A stretch of 64,000 nucleotides of DNA from Candidatus Bathyarchaeia archaeon. Its GTDB lineage: Archaea > Thermoproteota > Bathyarchaeia > Bathyarchaeales > Bathycorpusculaceae. Positions 1 to 7,900 of this stretch are shown here, piece by piece; within the stretch, counting starts at the first letter, position 1; each line of letters begins with the position of its first letter. The DNA lies in NCBI GenBank assembly GCA_049515895.1, contig JBEKTQ010000004.1:32001-96000 (forward strand), in the 5' to 3' direction. Below the pieces are notes generated by a model that saw only the letters and a program-made list of their open reading frames with translations, was not told the origin of the DNA and did no database searches. Made by a program: the position numbers and the translations under genes.

Positions 1-60
1 TAAATCTACAAGCGCGTTAAGGTCTTGACTTGACAGTTCTTTGAAATTGATCAAATGCAT
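1..60 (-). CDS. argF: N-terminus of probable ornithine carbamoyltransferase (runs off the window edge)
   Basis: Minus-strand ATG at 60 reads MHLINFKELSSQDLNALVDL, like the N-terminus of OTCase/ATCase proteins; only 20 codons are visible. Confidence 0.5.
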   Translation of the reverse strand, partial: MHLINFKELSSQDLNALVDL

Positions 61-267
61 TTTTCACGTTACCCAGTAGGCTGAACAAAGCCAGTAATAA
101 TAAGCTTTATGTAAATTTAATTTGCCGGATCCAAATTGTTTCAGTAAAACTCTTTCTTACTTTCTTTTAACTTATGTATCAGCTGAAGGGGGGTCTTTAT
201 TGCCGCTAGCTCGCTTTCTTTTGCAGGACTCTGACAACGTTTTTAGAGAGAACTAGCTAAGAGATAC

Positions 268-1107
268 ATGGAAGTGCAAGTGATGATCCTGCTCGTTCAC
301 TCTAGCCGCGATATTGCAGGTGTAAACATAGCTAAAAGCATACTTCATCACTATCCATTTACAAAGACGACCCACACGTACCAAGAAAGCCCGATCCACG
401 TCGCTGATTTCAGTGGAAAACAAGTCAGCTTCCTAACGCTTAAGGAAGAAGCGATCAAGTCTCAATGTCTTGGAGTAGACTTTCCAAACGCGGAGTTAGT
501 TGTCTTCATTTCGCGCCACAGCAGCCAAAGCGGCATGCCTACCCTTTCTGTTCATACAACGGGAAACTTCAGTGAAGCCCAACTTGGCGGTTTAGCACGT
601 GCGCTGTCGATCGCACCCGCCTTTGCGATGCAAACCTCACTTAGAGCATTATGCAGCTTAAAGCAGGAATTGAACCTCAACTACGAGGTCTCGTACGAAT
701 GCACCCACCACGGTCCAAGCCTAAACGTGCCCGTCATGTTTGTTGAATTAGGCAGTTCAGAGCCCCAATGGAACGATTTGGCCGCTGCACAAGCCGTTGG
801 CGATGCTGCAATGACTGCGATCACTAATTTCTCGGAGCCAGCAGAGGAAGCAGTTCTCGGGATAGGAGGACCCCACTACAACCAAAAATTCTCTCGCATG
901 GCTCTATCAGGCGAAGCAGCGTTTGGGCACATGATACCCAAATATGCCGTTTCCACAGTTGATTCCGAAATAATATCGCAGTGCGTGGAGAAAACTTTGG
1001 AAAAGGTTTCACTTGCTGTTCTTGACTGGAAGGGAATCGCAAGCCAAGACAAACCCAAGCTGCTGTCTGCTCTGCAATGTGCAGGCTTGACTTTCAAGAA
1101 AGTCTAA
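268..1107 (+). CDS. dtdA: D-aminoacyl-tRNA deacylase (archaeal DTD2/GEK1 family)
   Basis: Motifs FISRHSS, LSVHTTGNF, YECTHHGPS, FVELGS, GIGGPHY, FGHMIPKY; sits upstream of secE-spt5. Confidence 0.92.
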   Translation: MEVQVMILLVHSSRDIAGVNIAKSILHHYPFTKTTHTYQESPIHVADFSGKQVSFLTLKEEAIKSQCLGVDFPNAELVVFISRHSSQSGMPTLSVHTTGNFSEAQLGGLARALSIAPAFAMQTSLRALCSLKQELNLNYEVSYECTHHGPSLNVPVMFVELGSSEPQWNDLAAAQAVGDAAMTAITNFSEPAEEAVLGIGGPHYNQKFSRMALSGEAAFGHMIPKYAVSTVDSEIISQCVEKTLEKVSLAVLDWKGIASQDKPKLLSALQCAGLTFKKV

Positions 1108-1216
1108 AAAGTTGATCGCTTTAGCAAACATTAAAAGTCTTATGGAACTTGTTTTTAAACTCTAAATCACAGTAACATTTATTATTGAATAATGAAATGT
1201 TGAGTGTGCGATAGAT

Positions 1217-1411
1217 ATGGGTATAAAATCTTGGTTAACGCAAGCTGGACGAACCTTAAAGCTTGCTAACAAGCCTGGACGGGAAGAGCTCTGGCTTTCG
1301 ATAAAAATCAGTCTTCTCGGCATAGGCCTCGTTGGCGTAATCGGCTTCGTAATCAAACTCTTATCATACGCTCTAGGCGGCGCAGCGCATAGTGCGTCAT
1401 CGACAACCTAG
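1217..1411 (+). CDS. secE: Protein translocase subunit SecE/Sec61-gamma
   Basis: 64 aa, LKLANKPGREE followed by one TM helix (GIGLVGVIGFVI); directly upstream of spt5. Confidence 0.92.
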   Translation: MGIKSWLTQAGRTLKLANKPGREELWLSIKISLLGIGLVGVIGFVIKLLSYALGGAAHSASSTT

Positions 1412-1424
1412 AGGGAACTGAATT

Positions 1425-1898
1425 ATGGATAAGAAAGAAGAAGAGCAAATGCAAACCAAAATTTTCGTGGTTAAAACAACCACTGGGCAGGAAAGAAACG
1501 TAGCCCGGTTAATCGCTTCAAAGGTTGAGATGAATCACATTCCCATAAAAGCTCTTCTTGTGCCAGATACATTGAAAGGATACGTGTTTGTCGAGGCAGA
1601 TGGGCCACATTTGGTGGAAGAAGCCATTTCAGGTTTAAGGCATGTTCGCTCCCGGATCCCTGGGCTTGTCAGCTTCGCCGAAATAGAACGGTATATTGTT
1701 CGCAAACCAGTCATGGAAGACCTCAACGAAGATGACGTCGTTGAAATTACAGGTGGGCCGTTCAAAGGTATGCGAGCTAAAATCACAAGGCTTGACAAGT
1801 CAAAAGGCGAAGTTACCCTTGAACTGCTTGAGGCGACATTCACTTTGCCAATCACAGTACACTCAGATTACGTAAAACTGGTGGAAAAAGCAAAATAA
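1425..1898 (+). CDS. spt5: Transcription elongation factor Spt5/NusG
   Basis: NGN domain (VKTTTGQE, LKGYVFVEA) plus KOW motif (VEITGGPFKG). Confidence 0.96.
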   Translation: MDKKEEEQMQTKIFVVKTTTGQERNVARLIASKVEMNHIPIKALLVPDTLKGYVFVEADGPHLVEEAISGLRHVRSRIPGLVSFAEIERYIVRKPVMEDLNEDDVVEITGGPFKGMRAKITRLDKSKGEVTLELLEATFTLPITVHSDYVKLVEKAK

Positions 1899-1917
1899 AA
1901 CAAAACTGGTGAAAAAA

Positions 1918-2406
1918 ATGAGCGAAAAAAAATCTGTTGAATTACTCGTAAACGGCGGACAAGCCAATGCAGGTCCACCTCTGGGTCCTGCTCTTGGACC
2001 GTTAGGCGTCAACATCATGGCTATTGTCAACAAGATTAACGAGCTAACAAAGGACTATGCCGGAATGAAGGTTCCGGTGAAAATCAGTGTTGATACCGAG
2101 GACAAGACTTTCGAGGTTACCGTAGGTACCCCGACCGCTTCAGCCTTGATTGTTGCTGAGTTAAAGGTGGAAAAGGGCTCCGGAACACCTAACACCGTTA
2201 AAGTGGGCAACTTGTCCATGGAACAGATGGTGCGCATCGCTAAAATTAAGCGTCCTGAACTTTTAGCTCCAACATTGAAGAAGGCGACAAAGGAGATGCT
2301 TGGCACATGCGTCAGTTTAGGCGTCACTGTTGAAGGCAAAGACCCGCGGGAAGTCCAAAAAGACATAGACGACGGAAACTACGAACAACTGTTTGGTAAC
2401 GAGTAA
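1918..2406 (+). CDS. rpl11: 50S ribosomal protein uL11
   Basis: GGQANAGPPLGPALGPLG and GTCVSLGVTVEG motifs; ATG at 1918 preferred over GTG at 1909. Confidence 0.97.
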   Translation: MSEKKSVELLVNGGQANAGPPLGPALGPLGVNIMAIVNKINELTKDYAGMKVPVKISVDTEDKTFEVTVGTPTASALIVAELKVEKGSGTPNTVKVGNLSMEQMVRIAKIKRPELLAPTLKKATKEMLGTCVSLGVTVEGKDPREVQKDIDDGNYEQLFGNE

Positions 2407-2464
2407 TGACAAGCGAATATTTTTATAATGGGTTTCCAATCCCTCATTGGCACGAGGCTTAAAA

Positions 2465-3115
2465 ATGCCCCTAGACAACAAGACAATTTCCGAGGCAATT
2501 AAACAAGCAAAAACGAAGTCTGGCGACAAAAAATTCAATCAGACAGTAGATTTGATCTTAGACATTACTGAGATCGACATGAAGTCGCCCGAAGGCAAAA
2601 TCCAAGAGATCGTTGAGCTTCCGCACGAGACGGGTAAACCAAACAAGGTCTGCGTTATTGCTTCTGGAGAATTTGCGTATAAAGCCAAGAACGCTAATGC
2701 TGACTACGTTGTTGAACGTGCTGACTTAGACGCGTTGAACGGAAAAAAGAAGGAACTACGTAAACTTGCTGAAGATTATGACGTTTTCATTTCTGAAGCG
2801 CCTTTGATGCCGCTTGTAGGCAGGATTCTTGGTCCGGTATTGGGTCCGAGGGGTAAAATGCCTATTCCGGTTGCGCCTAACGCAGATATTGCAGCCCTGA
2901 TAAATAAGCATCGTAAAACGGTGGTTGTAAGAATGCGTAACCAACCGATTATTCAAGTTTCAGTTGGCTCTCAGCAGATGAAAGATGAAGACCTAGTAGA
3001 TAACACTATGACTGTTCTTCGTGTTTTAGATGGAAAACTTAAGCGTGGCCTCAAGAACGTGAAGTATGCCTTCATTAAGACATCCATGGGTGAGCCAGTT
3101 AAGATTAAACCGTGA
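2465..3115 (+). CDS. rpl1: 50S ribosomal protein uL1
   Basis: KFNQTVDL, GRILGPVLGPRGKMP, IKTSMG motifs; operon position. Confidence 0.97.
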   Translation: MPLDNKTISEAIKQAKTKSGDKKFNQTVDLILDITEIDMKSPEGKIQEIVELPHETGKPNKVCVIASGEFAYKAKNANADYVVERADLDALNGKKKELRKLAEDYDVFISEAPLMPLVGRILGPVLGPRGKMPIPVAPNADIAALINKHRKTVVVRMRNQPIIQVSVGSQQMKDEDLVDNTMTVLRVLDGKLKRGLKNVKYAFIKTSMGEPVKIKP

Positions 3116-3130
3116 TAGAGTAGAGAAATT

Positions 3131-3997
3131 ATGCCGTCCCAACAAGTGTTAGAGGAAAAATCAGGCGAAGTAGATGCGATAAAGGACATACTCAAAGAGT
3201 ACAAGTCCATCGGCATCGCTAGTCTGAAGAAGGTTCGCGCTTCCCAGCTTCAAGAGTTGAAGAAAAGTATGGCTGGCAAAGTTTACCTCCGAGTTTTGAA
3301 GAACACGCTTATGAAGCTGGCTATTGAAGAAATGGAGCAGGAAGACCTTAAGAAGATTGAGGAATACTTGGAAGGGTCAAACATTTACATGTTTACAGAC
3401 CTAAACCCCTTCAAACTTGCGTTGCTTTTGGAACGGGGGAAAGTCAAAACAACTGCGAAATCAGGCGACATAGCCGCCATGGACGTGATTGTTCCAACCG
3501 GCAATACGGGGCAACCTCCGGGACCCATCATTAGCCAACTTAACTCCGTCGGTTTGCCGACACGCATTGAGTCTGGCAGCGTCTGGGTCAGCAAGGACAC
3601 GTTGGTTGTTCGCAAAGGAGAGGAGATCAACGAACGTCTTGCAGGTGTTCTTTCGAAACTGAACATTAAAGCCGTTGAACTCGGCATTTCAATGCGAGCA
3701 GTCTTTGACAACGGGTTAATCATCGTTGGCGACCAACTCAAAATCGACCTTGACGCTACAAGGAAAAGCCTTGTGCAAAGTAATCAAGAAGCATTCGCCT
3801 TGGCAATGGGCATTAGCTACCCAACCAAAGACACAATCAAACCGTTACTGCAGCTAGCTCACCAGAAGGCCGTTGCTTTAGCCGTCGCCGCAGTAGTGCC
3901 GACCAAAGACACAATCGGCGATCTGATGCGAAAAGCCAACGCGGAAATGACAAGCCTAAGCAGCGCAGTCGATAAAGCGAAGCCGAAAGCCGCATAA
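3131..3997 (+). CDS. rpl10: 50S ribosomal protein uL10/P0 (short form, no acidic C-terminal tail)
   Basis: VLKNTL and GNTGQPPGP motifs; follows rpl11-rpl1. Confidence 0.95.
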   Translation: MPSQQVLEEKSGEVDAIKDILKEYKSIGIASLKKVRASQLQELKKSMAGKVYLRVLKNTLMKLAIEEMEQEDLKKIEEYLEGSNIYMFTDLNPFKLALLLERGKVKTTAKSGDIAAMDVIVPTGNTGQPPGPIISQLNSVGLPTRIESGSVWVSKDTLVVRKGEEINERLAGVLSKLNIKAVELGISMRAVFDNGLIIVGDQLKIDLDATRKSLVQSNQEAFALAMGISYPTKDTIKPLLQLAHQKAVALAVAAVVPTKDTIGDLMRKANAEMTSLSSAVDKAKPKAA

Positions 3998-4004
3998 AAC
4001 TGCC

Positions 4005-4060
4005 CTTTCATATTTTATTTTTCTCTCGTTTAGTTTTTCTCAATGCGTCTGTTTTTGTTA
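4005..4060 (+). terminator. Oligo-T tracts after rpl10, probable archaeal intrinsic terminator
   Basis: TTTTATTTTTCTCT, TTTTTCT and TTTTTG tracts immediately after the stop codon. Confidence 0.5.
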
Positions 4061-4232
4061 TTTGCATTATGGCTTCGTTCCAAGGTGGGAAGAAGGGGTG
4101 TTTGCCTATTATGCGCTTTTTGATGGTTTCTAGTCAAAAAATGGGTCCAATGGAATAGGTCAAGATTTGTCTTGAGAATTTAAGAAAAGCTTTTCTGGCT
4201 TCAAGTTCATGCTTAATTGAGTATGTCGGGTT

Positions 4233-4853
4233 ATGAGTGGAAAGAGTAAAGTCTGTCTTGTCTCCTGCAGTGTCTTAAAAGATGAGTTGCAGCGTCTGGT
4301 TAAGGACGGGCGGTTGGATGCAGAATTAGTTTTCGTTAGCAAATACTTCCGCGTTGACTATGAGACGCTCGAGAAAAACCTCCGCAAAGTCCTAGAAGCA
4401 ACACTGAAGCGTTTCAGCGGCAAAGTGGTGCTAATTTACGGCGACCTCTGCCTTGGACCAGATGGTGAAATGAAAAAACTAGCAGACGGATACGGCATCG
4501 TTAAGGTTGATGCGGCGAACTGCGTCGACTGCCAAATAGGTGGCGGAGGAAAATTCTTTGAGGCTGACCCCGAGCATAACTTGATGTTCATGGGTCCAGG
4601 AATGATCGCGTTTTTTAAGTATATGAAGCAGAAAATGCTTCAAGATGGAGTTGATGAGGCATCTTTTGCAGGTATGTTCAGCGGAATCAAGGGCATCGTG
4701 CTTCTAGATACCTGCGACAACGCAAAGGAATGCCGTGAAGAGCTTGAAAAGTCGGGCTTGGGACTGCCGATTCTTGAAGCAAGGGAAGTTGGGCTTGAAA
4801 ACGTGAGGCAAGTGGTTTTTGATGCAATTCAACGTGCAACAAGTAATAAGTGA
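4233..4853 (+). CDS. DUF1638-like protein
   Basis: SCSVLKDEL, VLIYGDLC and AANCVDCQIGG pattern typical of DUF1638. Confidence 0.7.
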   Translation: MSGKSKVCLVSCSVLKDELQRLVKDGRLDAELVFVSKYFRVDYETLEKNLRKVLEATLKRFSGKVVLIYGDLCLGPDGEMKKLADGYGIVKVDAANCVDCQIGGGGKFFEADPEHNLMFMGPGMIAFFKYMKQKMLQDGVDEASFAGMFSGIKGIVLLDTCDNAKECREELEKSGLGLPILEAREVGLENVRQVVFDAIQRATSNK

Positions 4854-4938
4854 CTCTATTAGCACACGAAAATTGAGTAATTGATTGCTTGAGGCGTCAT
4901 GGAGTTACCGCAAATATTAAAGAAGCATCAGCGTAATA

Positions 4939-7900
4939 GTGCAGCCTGTGGGTGTGGTTGTTGTTATGACACAAACTGTTTCTTCCCAGCCTATGAAGAG
5001 AGTGGAAGACTGGAAGTCAAGATTAATTGACCTTTCAAGAAGAAACAGCCTCCTATATTTTCATAGAAACAAACGGGGAAGCTTATCTATCTCACAGCCT
5101 GACACGCAGACGGCTTTTAATCTGCTGGTTTTGAAAAAGAAAAAATTGGAATTCTGGCTACCTCCTCCAGAAAAAGCCCAAGATACTGAAACGCAGGAAA
5201 AACCCCAAGAGCAAGAGAACCCGAAAGGCAAGGGGAAGACCAAAACTGCCAAAACAGCGAAAGGCAACACCCAAGCCTCCTTTAATGAAACCTTAGCATT
5301 GGCTGATGAAACCCAGCGTCCCAAAGCAAACCAGTTAGTAAGCGAAAGAATGTCTCGAGCAGAACTTGAAAGAAGCCTCAAAGGGCTGCAGTGGCGCTCA
5401 CTTCTGGATTACCGCGAACGTGGTGTTCGCATTTTACATGCGGCTTTTGGTACGCTTGACTGGGTTGATTTTGAAACAAAAGAGCAAGTCCAGTCACCCT
5501 TGATTCTTGTGCCACTAGAGTTGACACGGGATTCTATACGTCAACCCTACAGTATCGGCCTGCCGCCCGTTGAAGACGAAGAGGTCTTAAACCCTGCTTT
5601 ACAGGTCAAACTGAAAAACGATTACAAAATTGATTTGCCGCCTTTGCCTGAAGAATGGGAAAACCTGGCCCTGCAAAACTACTTTGACATGGTTAATCAG
5701 GCTGTTGCTGAGTTAGGCTGGAAGGTTGAGACGTCCTTTGATTTGGGGCTTTTTTCATTTCAGAAATTGGTCATATACAAAGATTTAGAGGCGAATGCTC
5801 CTTTAGTTACGCAGCACCCCATCGTTCGAGCAATCGCAGGCATAAAAGAAGGCAACCTCATTATGGACGGGTTGCCTGACGAGAAAGACGTTGACAAAAT
5901 CGAGCCGCCAGACAAAACTCATCAGGTTCTTGATGCCGACAGCAGCCAACGGGTCTCTATTGAATACGCCTTGAGAGGACAAAGCTTCGTTATGCAAGGT
6001 CCCCCAGGCACCGGAAAAAGCCAAACCATCGCGAACATAATCGCAGAGTGCATCGCTAACGGGAAATCTGTGCTCTTTGTCAGTGACAAGATGGCAGCCC
6101 TCGAAGTTGTTTACAAGCGGCTTAGCGAGGTTGGGCTGGCGCATTTTTGTCTTGAACTTCACAGCAGCAAAGCCAACAAGCAGCAAGTTGTCGCCGAGCT
6201 TAAACGTAGTCTTGACGAGAACCTTATCCCGCGCAAATTGCCGTCCCCCCATGAGTTTGAAAAAATGGTTGACTATCGGGAAGCACTGAATGGTTATGTT
6301 GCAGCCTTGCATGAGAAACGACAATACCTTCAGAGAAGTGCTTATGAAGTTTTGAGTTTAATCTCCGGCCTTGAGCGGGTTCCTTTCGTGTCTGTCGGCT
6401 TAACTGAATTGGGAACGCTGACCCCTCAGAAAATGCATGAGTTGGAAGCGCTTGTTTCTCAACTGAGCAAAGTTTGGCAAGTGATAGAAGAGCCCGATTT
6501 TCCATGGGTAGGTTATCGAGCCGATGTCTACAACCTGGAACTCCGCTCTGAAGTGCTGTCGGCGCTTGAAAACATTAGTGAAACTCTGTTGGAACTGCAA
6601 AATGAAGCGGAAGACTTCTCCGCTAAGCTGGGTGTTTTTCCGCCTGAAACATTTGTCCGCGTAAAATGGCTTTTAGAAGTAACCAAGTTCCTAATTGAAA
6701 GCCCCAAGCCCGAAGTTTACTGGCTGACGGACCTAAACATCGATAAACTCCACGCTGAAGCCAAAACCTACCTCGAAACCAGCATCTGGATAAAAAACAC
6801 CCGCGTCAGCCTCATGGAGCGCTACCAGCCCTCCCTGTTCGATTTGGTTCTTAATCAGTCAGCAGATATCGAGAAGCAGCTTGAGGCTCTAAGCAGGATT
6901 CTCCCAGGAGTCGGCTTGGAAGAAAGCGAATTTTTGCCCGAACGCGAAAAGTTCTTGGCTTTCATGAGAGGCACTGCGGTTTTCGCTAGGAAATGGCGTG
7001 AAACCTCTCAAGCACTTGCTCCGCGATTGGGATTGGACGGCGAAGGTTTGACTATTAATCAAATAAAAGAATTGTCCCGCATGGCGCTGCTGTGCTTCGC
7101 TGAAGATAAACCTGAGCCGCAGTGGTTTGACACTAAATATTTCGAACAAGTTGCTGACACAGTGAGGAAGCAAAAACAACTCTATCAAGACCACGGCCTC
7201 CTGAAAAGCCGCTTAGACGAAACTTACACTGATGGAATCTTCCAACTTGACTTGGACGGGCTAATCGCAAGATATAACCGATACAGCCAAAACCCCCTTA
7301 AACTGTTCAATTCAAGTTACCGCAACGACCAAAAACAAATCGCACGAGTGACCAATAACGGGAAAGTTCCTAAAACCGTTCTGCCTGACCTGGTTGACGC
7401 CCGAAAAGTCAAAAAGTTGCAGGCGCAGATTGAAGAGTCAGCTGAAACGGTTCGAGCCTTGCTGGGTCACTTCTACGACAAGTCAAAAACAGACTTCCAA
7501 GGCGCCGAAAAAGCCTTAGAACTAACAGCGGAAATCCGCAAACTCAATTGGGCGACAACAATTCCGGAGAACCTGCTGAAACTGATCACCAACACTTCCA
7601 GCCCCTCGCCTATGATTAAGAATTTAGGGTTGGAACTTCAGGAATCCATTAACAAGTGGGAGCAACAGCTCAAAGATTATTCAATGTTCATACCAGCGAA
7701 CATTCCCAAATCAAATAATGCAATCTCTCAAACGCCCCTGCCGCTGCTCGAGGAATGGGTCACCGAAACAGAAAAACAACTGACTCCGCTTCGTGAGTCA
7801 ACAAATGTAGCACTCGCAACTTCCAAGCAGGAACCCCAAACCTACAAGCAACTTATGGTAGATCTTAAGAACGCCGAAGACATACGCAAAAAAGAAGCGG

